The notes beneath the pieces are model-generated. The model ran no database searches. It saw only the letters and a list, made by a program, of their open reading frames with translations, and was not told the origin of the DNA. From NCBI GenBank assembly GCA_965208125.1, contig OZ242320.1:3456001-3520000 (forward strand): a stretch of DNA of 64,000 nt, read 5' to 3'. Shown here in pieces: positions 39,450 through 49,301 of this stretch. Origin of the DNA: Candidatus Latescibacterota bacterium. Lineage in GTDB: Bacteria; Latescibacterota; UBA2968. The translations under genes were made by a program, and so were the position numbers. The first letter of the stretch is position 1; every line of letters starts with the position of its first letter.

Positions 39450-41195
39450 TTATTTTTTTGCCACTGGACCCTGTGGCGCGTCCTGGCTGTACAATGCACT
39501 GCCTCGCTCGTAAGACGCGACGACTGTACCATCGGCAATTTCCAATCTGGGCACGTTCTTTCTAAACACATCGCGGTCGGGACCGCGCATGACTGCCATC
39601 TGTTCATCGGTCATGCCCGAGACGAGATCGCCCCACCGTTTTTCTGGATGAGACAATTCTCCTCCGCTGCGATTAAAATTGCGCGATGAATATTTGTGCA
39701 AAATTCCCCGTCGCGATATGTCGCTTTTCCACGCGAATGTGCCATGTGAGGTGCTGCCATCCATGAAGAAGAGCACATCGCCTGCTTTCACCTCTATGTG
39801 TTTTACCAATCCCATGTGGTCATCGCAGGAGCTCACACCCGGGGGGGTAGGATAATACGCTTTGTGCGATCCCGGCACACACGCAAATCCACCATCGGCT
39901 TCGGTTACATCGCGCAATTGCCAGGTTACGGTTACGGCTTCGCAATAACTGCGTCCATTTTGATAAAAGTATCCCCGGGTGGGATTGAGTGGCTCATTGG
40001 AGCCATGCTGGGAATGTCCCGATGTGCCTTTGACCGAGCAAAATGCCGTTCCCCCGCCCGTGCGACCACCACTGGCTCCCATCCAGTTCAGCCGATGTTC
40101 AACGATCGGATGGGCGAGCATTCGTCGAAAAGGATCGCAATGGGGACTGGGCAACTGAGTCAGTCCACCCAACAGAGGTCTGCCCGTGCCTGCAAGGGTT
40201 TTTGATCCTTGTGCGAGTTCGTCGCCAACGACGATTCGGTCCTCAAATTTGTCAATGGTGGCATTGGCCTGTGCCAGCCATTCTTCATCCATGACCCCGC
40301 GCAGCACCAGGTATCCGTTCAAATCCCAAAAGTAAAATTCTTTTTCGTCAATGCCCGAGTTTGGATTTTTAATCAGGTAAGATGGGTGAAAAATTTCGCG
40401 CGATTCGTCCAATGTGATTGTCTCGCCATCTGTTTTCAACGTTGGTGGTGGCGTGGTATCGCGATATCCGGGGCGATACAGTGATGCGTGCTGTTCAAGT
40501 GTTAGTTCTGCCATCAAGTCGGATACTGGCATTTTTTCCGATTCCGGGCCAGGTCCCGCAGAACGGATCACACCGCGGCCTACGTATTCGTAGGATAGTA
40601 AGCACTGCGGTCCCTCGCCTTGCCACGGACGCATGCCCTGTACGACGCTCAGACCGACGATGAGCAAATCGCCCGCTTTTAGTTCGGGTTGAAAAAGATA
40701 ATCCGAGTCATCTACACCGGTCAATATATCTTCTGGCGTTTCTACATTTGCCTTGTGTGTACACGGTACGAACACAAACCCGCCATCGTCAGCCTTGACA
40801 TCAGAGAGTGCCCAGATTACGCGTACACCTTCGCAAAATCTTCGATCGTTCTGGTGATAATATGCCAGCGCGGGATCTCGTGGCTCATTGCCTCCTACCA
40901 GTGGGGCAGAGGTGTCACAGGTTTCGTCACACAGAATTTCGGGTGCGCGGTCGAGTCTGAAACCGTATCCTACAATTTGATTTAGATACCACACGAGTTG
41001 GGGATGGATCAACAAATCGCGGAATGGTTCGCGCAAATCGCCTTCCCATCCGAGCATTCCCTCGAGCGATCCGGCCCGATCAATTGCATCGTTTAACCGG
41101 GCGATTTCGGGACGGGTTAGAACCCCCGGCACATGCAAATAACCCGTTAAATCAAAGGCGTAATTCTCTTCGTTTGTCATGGTTTCCCGGTCCAT
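39450..41195 (-). CDS. Tandem two-domain PhyH-fold protein, copy B
   Basis: Same length and motifs as copy A. Confidence 0.85.
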   Translation of the reverse strand: MDRETMTNEENYAFDLTGYLHVPGVLTRPEIARLNDAIDRAGSLEGMLGWEGDLREPFRDLLIHPQLVWYLNQIVGYGFRLDRAPEILCDETCDTSAPLVGGNEPRDPALAYYHQNDRRFCEGVRVIWALSDVKADDGGFVFVPCTHKANVETPEDILTGVDDSDYLFQPELKAGDLLIVGLSVVQGMRPWQGEGPQCLLSYEYVGRGVIRSAGPGPESEKMPVSDLMAELTLEQHASLYRPGYRDTTPPPTLKTDGETITLDESREIFHPSYLIKNPNSGIDEKEFYFWDLNGYLVLRGVMDEEWLAQANATIDKFEDRIVVGDELAQGSKTLAGTGRPLLGGLTQLPSPHCDPFRRMLAHPIVEHRLNWMGASGGRTGGGTAFCSVKGTSGHSQHGSNEPLNPTRGYFYQNGRSYCEAVTVTWQLRDVTEADGGFACVPGSHKAYYPTPPGVSSCDDHMGLVKHIEVKAGDVLFFMDGSTSHGTFAWKSDISRRGILHKYSSRNFNRSGGELSHPEKRWGDLVSGMTDEQMAVMRGPDRDVFRKNVPRLEIADGTVVASYERGSALYSQDAPQGPVAKK

Positions 41196-41325
41196 GTCAG
41201 CCTCCTTGACTGTAATGTACCTGTTTGCCTGCCGATATGCAGGCATAAATGTGGCGGTTTATTCATGAAAAGCTCAAACTGATTCAAAAAACAAGCATAA
41301 AATGCGCCCCCTCTCGACCGATTGC

Positions 41326-41354
41326 TTGACGCATTTGATAGGGCTTTGTAAATT
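41326..41354 (+). promoter_or_regulatory. Sigma70-like promoter for the sulfatase
   Basis: TTGACG-17 nt-TAAATT. Confidence 0.5.
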
Positions 41355-41446
41355 GCGTCTATTCTCTGTCTGACACTTGTTTTACCCGGCTCTTTTTTCA
41401 GGTGAGTAGTCGGGCGAGGTTGGTCTATTCTTTGAAAGGTATAACA

Positions 41447-42880
41447 ATGGCAAAGTCGCGTCCCAATATTGTGCTTGTGATGTGCGACCAGATGCGCTGG
41501 GATGCGGCTGGTTTTGCGGGTAGTTCTGTTGTTCACACGCCCCATCTGGATCGTCTATCCGAGGGTGGGGTGTGCTTTGAAAATGCCTATTGCGCTTCTC
41601 CTGTTTGTTCGCCCGCTCGGGCGAGTTGGTTGACCGGGTGCTATCCCCATGCGCATCTGCAATTGCGAAATTATGGGCCACAACGAGGAAAAGAATGGGG
41701 AGGTTATCTGCCGCAGGACTGTGTTACGATGGGGGATGTTTTGAAACGCGCGGGATATTGCTGTGGCATGGTTGGTCCGTGGCATCTGGGCGATGACCAT
41801 GCGCCACAGCACGGGTTTGAGGATTTCTGGCAGACCTATCGATATCTGGGCGACGAATATACAGATCCTCTTTTCGATTATTTTGAACGCGAGGGGGTAC
41901 CCAATATCTACGGCGATGGAGAATCTGTCACCCAGTACGGAAATATACTGGCGTTTACGACACTTACAGATCCGCGACAGCAGCGTACGACCTGGACGGT
42001 TGACCGCGCGATTGATTTTTTGCGCCAGCAAGAAGATGACCCGTTTTTTCTTTTTGTGAGTGTTAAGGATCCGCATCCCCTCATCGTTATTCCGCCAGAA
42101 TTGCTCGAACTCTATCCGGTAGATCAAATGCCCTTGCCGGATTCTCTGCGAGATCCACTCGAGGGTAAGCCGCATTTTCAAACCCGCACAAAATTTCGCA
42201 TGCCCAATACGGTGACAGATCGGCAGTTCCGCGAGATGATTGCGTACTATTATGCCCTGATCACCCATATTGATGCACAGATTGGGCGTCTGATTAGCGT
42301 TCTCGAAGAACAGAATATGCGCGACAATACGCTCGTGGTTTTTATGAGCGACCACGGCGAATTGCTCGGCGATCACGGTTGCACAGAAAAGTGCCTGATG
42401 TACGAGGCCTCGGTCAGAGTCCCTTGTCTGCTTTCCTGGCCGAGTACTCTTCCAGCGGGTTTGCGCGTGACGACTCCGCTTGCCGGTGTTGATTTAATGC
42501 CGACTTTGCTCGATCTGGCAAACGAGGTGCCGCCCGAGAAAATTGATGGTCGCTCTGTTGCGGACGCGATTCTGAATGGTCGGCAACCCACATCTCAGCC
42601 CATTTTTGCAGAGATCGCCAGCCAGGAGGCCATTTATTGGGGGTCAACAGAAAGAGAGCAGTTTGCCGCGCATGTGATGAATTTCGATGGCCGCTGGAAG
42701 TATATTCGCAATCGCTTTGATATCGATGAGTTGTACGATTTGGAGACAGATCCAGGCGAAATGCAAAATCTCGCGCAGCTTTCCGAATATCAACCGCGCA
42801 TCGCGACTATGCGCCAGCAAATCGCCGAGATGATTTGCCATACAGGTCCTGGTCCTTATGACTGGTGTTTGCAAGTGTAG
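41447..42880 (+). CDS. Sulfatase (Cys-type)
   Basis: PNIVLV, CSPAR, PHP, SDHGE. Confidence 0.92.
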   Translation: MAKSRPNIVLVMCDQMRWDAAGFAGSSVVHTPHLDRLSEGGVCFENAYCASPVCSPARASWLTGCYPHAHLQLRNYGPQRGKEWGGYLPQDCVTMGDVLKRAGYCCGMVGPWHLGDDHAPQHGFEDFWQTYRYLGDEYTDPLFDYFEREGVPNIYGDGESVTQYGNILAFTTLTDPRQQRTTWTVDRAIDFLRQQEDDPFFLFVSVKDPHPLIVIPPELLELYPVDQMPLPDSLRDPLEGKPHFQTRTKFRMPNTVTDRQFREMIAYYYALITHIDAQIGRLISVLEEQNMRDNTLVVFMSDHGELLGDHGCTEKCLMYEASVRVPCLLSWPSTLPAGLRVTTPLAGVDLMPTLLDLANEVPPEKIDGRSVADAILNGRQPTSQPIFAEIASQEAIYWGSTEREQFAAHVMNFDGRWKYIRNRFDIDELYDLETDPGEMQNLAQLSEYQPRIATMRQQIAEMICHTGPGPYDWCLQV

Positions 42881-42908
42881 ATAGCGCGCGAAAAGGAGAA
42901 CTAACAAT

Positions 42909-43856
42909 ATGGAAGAATCAACAGGTCTTGCGGAGAACGGTGCCATTCCATTTGAGGTGTTTGCGGGTTTCGAGCGGCTTGAAAATGTCAATCCCATCAT
43001 TGCCTGCGAGCCGCCAGAGTGGGCTGCCGCCGCCCATGCTTATGTGATGGATGATACGGTGCACTATTTGTGGGGGAGGAGAAAAGAGGGCAACTATTGG
43101 ATTTTGATGCATAGCACGGCTCCGGTGAACGATCCCGCAAAGATCGCGCACGATCCGCGCAATCCCGTGCTTTTGCCTTCGAGCAAGGGATTTGACGATT
43201 ATACAATCGAATATCCTTTTCCGTTTTGGAATCCCGCCGATGGCAGGTTCTATGTTTATTATTTGGGGCGACGACAAAAGCCACCGAAGCAGACGGGGCT
43301 ATTGGTGGGGGACGGCGATTTTGGCAAGTGGACGCGCGTTTGCCATACGCCTGTGATTGCCTCAGACACCGCGCACGAGCGACAGGGTTCGTCGCATCCC
43401 TCGGTTGTGGTGGTAGATGATACCATACACATCATTTATACGGGGGAGTCGGCAGATCCGCCGACCTTATGTCATGCGACCGCGCCGACAAGCGATCCCG
43501 CGGCTGTTACCAAAGATCCCGCGAATCCCATTTTTAAAGGTAGCGGAGAAATGTGGGATAGTTGTGGTGTCCGCGAGGCAGAGATTTTTAAGGGACCACA
43601 GTATTTCCATCTCTTTTACGGGGGATCCGATGGCGAGGTCTGGCGGATTGGACATGTGCGGACGCGCGATTTTCGCACCTTTGAACCCAATCCGCACAAT
43701 CCAATTTTTTCTCCCTCGCCAGATCCCGATGCATGGGATTGCGATGGGTTGCTAACGCCCCAGGTGATTGAGATTGACAATCGCTATTACATGGTCTATG
43801 CGGGTATGAGAGGGAGTGAGTGGCAGACGGGTCTCGCGGTAACGCGGTCTGTATGA
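42909..43856 (+). CDS. Five-bladed beta-propeller glycoside hydrolase-like protein (GH32/43/130 type)
   Basis: Repeated NP(I/V)...WD...Y.G blades; RIGHV and TGLA motifs. Confidence 0.7.
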   Translation: MEESTGLAENGAIPFEVFAGFERLENVNPIIACEPPEWAAAAHAYVMDDTVHYLWGRRKEGNYWILMHSTAPVNDPAKIAHDPRNPVLLPSSKGFDDYTIEYPFPFWNPADGRFYVYYLGRRQKPPKQTGLLVGDGDFGKWTRVCHTPVIASDTAHERQGSSHPSVVVVDDTIHIIYTGESADPPTLCHATAPTSDPAAVTKDPANPIFKGSGEMWDSCGVREAEIFKGPQYFHLFYGGSDGEVWRIGHVRTRDFRTFEPNPHNPIFSPSPDPDAWDCDGLLTPQVIEIDNRYYMVYAGMRGSEWQTGLAVTRSV

Positions 43857-43857
43857 C

Positions 43858-44961
43858 TCAATCTTTCAGAACGCGGTTGGGCGTGTACTGGTTTGTGTAG
43901 TGACGCAGGTTTCCCGTGGCGTTGTTTTGTTTGATGGCGTCAGCGGGGAAGGTATGTAGAAACCAGTTGTTGTAGATTTCAGCACTTTCCTGGGGAATAC
44001 CGCGAATGACTACGGCGGGTACACTGGTGGCGTGAAATGTGTTGTGGTGGATTAACATGAAATCGCCAGCGATATGCGTGTCGTCACCGCGATCTCGGCC
44101 GCCGTGCATGTCAAAGCTGTGGCTATTGGCATTTTCCAGAATCAGGTTGTAACGGGCCTCATAGCTGGTGCCGGGCCTGCCGGTGCCTGCTATGTGGTGG
44201 CGACACCAGTCGAACAAATTGGCTTCGATAAGGGCATTGGACTGGTCCAGCACCACGCCGTAGCCCAGGCCATAGCGCTGGTTGTGGTGAAAATAGTTGT
44301 GATGGATGTGGTTGTCCGTTGAGCCTGCCCGCAGAAATATCGCGCCGTGGCTCCAGCCCCAGAGTTCGCAGTTATCGACTTCGAGGTTGGGGTATTCGGT
44401 CTGGATAGCGCGGGAGTTAGGGATGCTGTAGTAGCGCCCTTCGGCATGGAGTTGTCTCATCTGCTCGGTGCGTCTGAGGGTGTCTGGACCCTGAAAGCGA
44501 AGGCCAGTGATACGGACGTTGGGTCCGGTGGCGATAAAGAGCGGTATGGTTTCGAGTTGTTTGGAGTAGAGCAGGGCACCCTGAGAGCCGGGTTTGCCCC
44601 GGCCACTGGCGAGTGTGACGCCTCCGCGTATGGCGATGTTCTGGTGTCCGGTCAGGTCGATTCTGATGGTATCTACTATATAAACTACCTGGTTGGGACC
44701 GGCGAACTCGAGGGCGTCGAATAATTCCATGCGGTTTGTGACCAGGTATTCGGATGGGTTAAGCAGGCGGTTATAACCCTCGCCGCCACCGATGGGATTG
44801 CCGGTGGGGTTGATATCGGCACCAAATTTGTCATCCGAAAGCAGGGGTTTTTCCTGTTGACTGTTGCCATCTGAGGAAGGATCGGGCGTGAGTGGCTTTT
44901 CTTTGCCAGAACAGGCGAGCAGAAGGAGCAACGCGATGAGATATCGGAGTGTTCCTGACAT
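43858..44961 (-). CDS. Lipoprotein with right-handed beta-helix (pectin-lyase-like fold)
   Basis: LLLLA-C lipobox; repeated IHHN, IEAN and IYNN turns. Confidence 0.75.
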   Translation of the reverse strand: MSGTLRYLIALLLLLACSGKEKPLTPDPSSDGNSQQEKPLLSDDKFGADINPTGNPIGGGEGYNRLLNPSEYLVTNRMELFDALEFAGPNQVVYIVDTIRIDLTGHQNIAIRGGVTLASGRGKPGSQGALLYSKQLETIPLFIATGPNVRITGLRFQGPDTLRRTEQMRQLHAEGRYYSIPNSRAIQTEYPNLEVDNCELWGWSHGAIFLRAGSTDNHIHHNYFHHNQRYGLGYGVVLDQSNALIEANLFDWCRHHIAGTGRPGTSYEARYNLILENANSHSFDMHGGRDRGDDTHIAGDFMLIHHNTFHATSVPAVVIRGIPQESAEIYNNWFLHTFPADAIKQNNATGNLRHYTNQYTPNRVLKD

Positions 44962-45081
44962 GGCAATATCCTTCTTTATTTCAGAATGATTAGTCAGTAA
45001 AAAACTACGGCAATTCAGCTAATTGATCAAGTCGAATACAAGTCCAACCAACACGGACCACTCACGAGAAAGGAGTTCGCA

Positions 45082-46050
45082 ATGCGCGATATTGTGGTCT
45101 TTAGCGGGAACGCACATCGTCAATTGGCAGAGCATATATGCCAGTATCTGAGCGTGCCTCTTAGTCAGAGCACGATTAACCGCTTCAGTAACGATTGCAT
45201 TCAGGTGCAGTTGAACGCAAATTGTCGGGAGGCTGATGTCTTCCTGATTCAGCCTTTTGTGCCACCTGTCCAGGACCATCTCATGGAACTCCTGCAGATG
45301 CTGGACGCGGCGCGCGGGGCATCGGCTGCCCGTACGACGGCAGTTATTCCATACTACAGTTATGCACGGTCGGATAAAAAAGATGCACCTCGTATCTCGA
45401 TTGCAGGGAGACTGGTGGCAGATTTGATTGATACGGCAGGTGCTAATCGAGTGCTTACGATGGCCCTTCATGCACCGCAGGTACATGGATTTTTTCGCAT
45501 TCCCGTCGATCATCTCAATGCTCTCCATGTGTTGGCGAGATATTTTCAGGGCAAAGATCTGGCGGATACGGTCGTTGTTTCGCCCGATCTTGGAGGCGCA
45601 AAGGAGGCAACGCATTTTGCCCGTCTGCTCAAGTTGCCCGTAGCTGCTGGAACCAAACGCCGCATCAGCGATGAAAAAGTCGTGATTGATTCAATTGTCG
45701 GCGATGTAGAGGGGAAGAAGGTGATTGTTCTGGACGAAGAGATAGCTACGGGGGGAACACTTGTGGAGCTTATTGATCGCCTTCGGGAGCGCGGTGTTAA
45801 TGACATCACGGTATCCTGTACACATGGACTTTTTACGGGACAGGCCCTGCCGCGTTTGGGTGCAATTGCAGAGGTGAAGGAATTGGTGACGACAGATACG
45901 GTTCCACTTTCTTCGCAGAGCCAATGTCCTCCCAATCTGACCACTCTATCCGTGGCACCTCTCCTGGGTGAGGCGATCCGCAGGATACACCACGGGGAGT
46001 CGGTCAGTAGTCTGTTCACGGCCCCAGATTGGATCGTGGATACGGGATAG
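45082..46050 (+). CDS. prs: Ribose-phosphate pyrophosphokinase
   Basis: PYYSYARSDKK, VVSPDLGG, ATGGT, THG. Confidence 0.93.
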   Translation: MRDIVVFSGNAHRQLAEHICQYLSVPLSQSTINRFSNDCIQVQLNANCREADVFLIQPFVPPVQDHLMELLQMLDAARGASAARTTAVIPYYSYARSDKKDAPRISIAGRLVADLIDTAGANRVLTMALHAPQVHGFFRIPVDHLNALHVLARYFQGKDLADTVVVSPDLGGAKEATHFARLLKLPVAAGTKRRISDEKVVIDSIVGDVEGKKVIVLDEEIATGGTLVELIDRLRERGVNDITVSCTHGLFTGQALPRLGAIAEVKELVTTDTVPLSSQSQCPPNLTTLSVAPLLGEAIRRIHHGESVSSLFTAPDWIVDTG

Positions 46051-46070
46051 ATGGGAGGGGGATTTAGCAA

Positions 46071-46370
46071 TTAAGCCACCGGAGCGGTATCAGTTAATGG
46101 CTCATTTTGAAGGTCGCCGATCTTTTGTTGCGCGTGCCAGAGGTCGTATTGCAGTTGCAAATTCATCCAGAAAACAGGTGTTGTCCGAAATGCTTTGCTC
46201 AACCGAATCGCCATTTCTGGACTTACTCCGGCCTTGCCATTGACAAGCTCAGAAACGGTCTTTCGCGCCACGCCAAGTGTATGGGCTACTTCTGTCACGG
46301 TCAGGTTTAGTGGGATTAAACAGAGTTCTTTTAAAATTTCACCTGGATGAGCCGGATTGTACATTTCCAT
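46071..46370 (-). CDS. higA: HigA family antitoxin
   Basis: [25 protein letters not shown]. Confidence 0.93.
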   Translation of the reverse strand: MEMYNPAHPGEILKELCLIPLNLTVTEVAHTLGVARKTVSELVNGKAGVSPEMAIRLSKAFRTTPVFWMNLQLQYDLWHAQQKIGDLQNEPLTDTAPVA

Positions 46371-46381
46371 AAGAATGCTCC

Positions 46382-46423
46382 TCAGTGATAGTCCACGAGA
46401 TCCACATCAAATACAACACCATT
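46382..46423 (-). pseudogene. higB: C-terminal remnant of HigB toxin
   Basis: Manual translation [13 protein letters not shown]-stop directly upstream of higA, preceded by an in-frame TAA. Confidence 0.75.
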
Positions 46424-46442
46424 TTAAAATAGGTTAAAGATA

Positions 46443-47126
46443 ATGAAAAAGAAAGCTGTTGTCTTACTCAGTGGTGGTTTGGATTCCACTACAACGCTGG
46501 CCATTGCGACAGACAAAGGGTACGCGTGTTATGCGATTACATTTCGCTACGGGCAACGACACGAAACCGAACTCGAATGTGCAAAAAAAATTGCCGCTCA
46601 TTTTGGCGTGCGGGATCACGTTATAGCCAATATTGATTCGCGTGCTTTTGGTGGTTCGGCATTAACCGACGATATCGATGTGCCCAAAAATCGAGACGAG
46701 AGCGAAATTTCCGACGGTATCCCGGTCACTTATGTCCCCGCTCGCAATACGATTTTTCTTTCTTACGCGCTTGCAATGGCCGAATCTCTCGATATCCGCG
46801 ATATTTTTATTGGCGTCAATGCCATTGATTATAGCGGTTATCCCGATTGCCGCCCTGAATATATCGCCGCCTTTCAGGCCATGGCGAATCTCGCCACCAA
46901 AGCCGGTGTTGAAGGGGATGCGTTCACGATTCACACGCCGCTTATTGATCTGACCAAAGTCGAGATTATCAAACACGGCTTAGAACTCGGCGTTGATTAC
47001 GCTATGACCTGTACCTGTTACGATCCCGATACAGAAGGCCGCGCGTGCGGGCTGTGCGACGCCTGCTTGTTGCGCTTGCAAGGTTTTGCTCAGAATGGTA
47101 TGAAAGATCCAGTGGTGTATCGGTAA
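46443..47126 (+). CDS. queC: 7-cyano-7-deazaguanine synthase
   Basis: SGGLDS, YGQRH, TYVPARN, YPDCR, CGLCDAC. Confidence 0.96.
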   Translation: MKKKAVVLLSGGLDSTTTLAIATDKGYACYAITFRYGQRHETELECAKKIAAHFGVRDHVIANIDSRAFGGSALTDDIDVPKNRDESEISDGIPVTYVPARNTIFLSYALAMAESLDIRDIFIGVNAIDYSGYPDCRPEYIAAFQAMANLATKAGVEGDAFTIHTPLIDLTKVEIIKHGLELGVDYAMTCTCYDPDTEGRACGLCDACLLRLQGFAQNGMKDPVVYR

Positions 47127-47231
47127 GGGGTGGATCCTTTTTGCCATAATGCCAAAGTCAGCTTGCTAAATACAGGCGGATTTACGATCTTACAAAGTCG
47201 TTATCTCATTCACATTCAAAGAATTGTGTTT

Positions 47232-48569
47232 ATGCCACCTCTTTCTCTCGACCAACTCATCGCCGATTATTGCGATCAAAACGCACACTCGCAACGTCTT
47301 TTCAAACGCGCACAAGAAGTTTTGCCCGGTGGCAATACGCGCACCGGTGTTTTTGTCAATCCCTTCCCGATTTACGCTGACCGGGGTGAGGATGTTTATA
47401 TTGATGATGTCGATGGTAACCGCCGTCTCGACTTTGTCAATAACGCCACCGCCCTCATCCTGGGTCACGCTCATCCCGCTGTGAGCGATGCCCTGCGCGA
47501 ACGTATCAATAGTGGCACGGCCTTTTTTGGCCCTACCCAACTCGAAATCGAATGGGCAGAACTCCTGCGCGAGCGCGTCCCTTCCCTCGAGCATCTGCGC
47601 TTTTGTAGTTCGGGTACCGAGTCTGTGGGCAATGCTCTGCGCGTTGCCCGCGCTTTTACGGGGCGTCAAAAAATTGCCAAATTTGAGGGTGCGTATCACG
47701 GTATTGACGATCCGGCTCTCATAAGCTATGTGCCACCTGTTACTCCCGATCTCGGTCCCGAAGATGCGCCTCATTCGGTACTGTCTTCAGCTGGTCTGGC
47801 ACCCGCGACTGCTGAAAATGTTCTCGTTTTGCCCTTTAACAATGCGCGCGCTTGTGAACATCTCATTCGCCAACACGCGGAAGAACTCGCGTGCGTCATT
47901 ATTGACCCGCTTTCTACGGCTGCGGGCATGGCTCTGCCCGATCCCGAGTTTCTCACGCTCTTGCGCTCTGTGACGCGGGAACTCGATATTCTTCTTATAT
48001 TCGACGAAATCGTCAGTTTTCGAATGACGTCAGGCGGCACACAGGCGGCGTACAATATCACGCCCGATCTGACCTGTCTGGCGAAGGTTATCGCTGGTGG
48101 CACCCCGGCAGGTGCTTTTGGTGGTCGCAAAGATGTGATGGCTCTGTATGACCCCACATCTGGATCGCCCGCCATCCCACAATCTGGTACGTACAATGGC
48201 AATCCTCTCGTGGCCATCGCTGGTCTTATGACTCTTAAAACCATGACCTCCGATGCATATCGCCATATTGATTCCCTCACAGAGTACATTGCCGCTGGTC
48301 TCAAAGATGCTTTTAAAAGTGCCAGTATTCCGGCGACTATCGTCACTGCTGGTTCGCTTTTTCGCATCTACTTTCTCGACTTTACCCCTGCCAACTATCG
48401 CCAGGCCGCACGAGACAGTGGCGAAAAACACCGCTGGCTCTACTTTTATCTTTTAAACCACGGTATTGTCATCCGCCAGGGCGGCTGTGTTTCTCTTCCT
48501 ATGACGAGCAAACATGCCGATGATTTGATCAACTGCGTGCGTGAAGGATTGCGCGTTTGGCCCTATTAA
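47232..48569 (+). CDS. Class III aminotransferase (GSA aminomutase-like)
   Basis: LPGG, SSGTE, GAYHG, FDEI, AKVIAGG, SGTYNGN. Confidence 0.88.
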   Translation: MPPLSLDQLIADYCDQNAHSQRLFKRAQEVLPGGNTRTGVFVNPFPIYADRGEDVYIDDVDGNRRLDFVNNATALILGHAHPAVSDALRERINSGTAFFGPTQLEIEWAELLRERVPSLEHLRFCSSGTESVGNALRVARAFTGRQKIAKFEGAYHGIDDPALISYVPPVTPDLGPEDAPHSVLSSAGLAPATAENVLVLPFNNARACEHLIRQHAEELACVIIDPLSTAAGMALPDPEFLTLLRSVTRELDILLIFDEIVSFRMTSGGTQAAYNITPDLTCLAKVIAGGTPAGAFGGRKDVMALYDPTSGSPAIPQSGTYNGNPLVAIAGLMTLKTMTSDAYRHIDSLTEYIAAGLKDAFKSASIPATIVTAGSLFRIYFLDFTPANYRQAARDSGEKHRWLYFYLLNHGIVIRQGGCVSLPMTSKHADDLINCVREGLRVWPY

Positions 48570-48577
48570 TTGGAACT

Positions 48578-49300
48578 ATGTCTGTATCCATACCAGATGG
48601 CATCGTTGTCCTCACTTTTGATGATGGCGTCAAATCACAACATACCTTCGCTGCCCCCATCTTGCGCGAATGTGGATTCTATGCCACTTTTTATATTACT
48701 GAGGGCTTGAACTTTCTCGCGGATAAAACGCGCTATCTCACCTGGGAAGAGGTGCGCGAATTACACGACCTGGGCTTTGAAATTGGGAATCATACGCGGC
48801 AACACAAAAGCGTCGCCAACCAATCGCGGGAGGAACTTTTGTCCGATATTCGCCACATCGACCGGCAATGCAACCACTACGGCATCCCGATTCCCACTAC
48901 ATTTTGTTACCCCGGTTACACCAATACCCCCGAAGCTGTTGATGTACTCAAAGAGCGCGGTTTTACTTATGCCCGACGTGGCACTGTACCCGAATATCCT
49001 TATGATAGGGAAGGTGGTCGCGGCCCGGCTTATAATCCCGAGCAACACAATCCGCTTCTCATTCCAACCACGGGCGCGTCGGGACCGCACTGGAACTTCG
49101 ACGATTTCTTGTGGTCGCTTGAGCAGGCACAAAATGGTTGCGCCACAGTTCTCACCTTTCACGGGGTGCCCGACCTCGATCATCCCTGGGTGCATACCGA
49201 ACCCGCATTTTTTGAACGCTGTATGCAGCATCTCACAGATAATGGACACAAAGTAATCGCCCTGCGCGATCTCACAAACTACATCACCTCGGAGTCCTGA
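48578..49300 (+). CDS. Polysaccharide deacetylase family protein
   Basis: LTFDDG, EIGNHT..H, FCYP. Confidence 0.88.
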   Translation: MSVSIPDGIVVLTFDDGVKSQHTFAAPILRECGFYATFYITEGLNFLADKTRYLTWEEVRELHDLGFEIGNHTRQHKSVANQSREELLSDIRHIDRQCNHYGIPIPTTFCYPGYTNTPEAVDVLKERGFTYARRGTVPEYPYDREGGRGPAYNPEQHNPLLIPTTGASGPHWNFDDFLWSLEQAQNGCATVLTFHGVPDLDHPWVHTEPAFFERCMQHLTDNGHKVIALRDLTNYITSES

Positions 49301-49301
49301 T

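Larger units (their letters stand above)
37504..41335. repeat. Tandem gene duplication, period 1939 bp, including the upstream region
   Basis: 37504-39395 aligns almost gap-free with 39443-41335; many substitutions. Confidence 0.95.
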
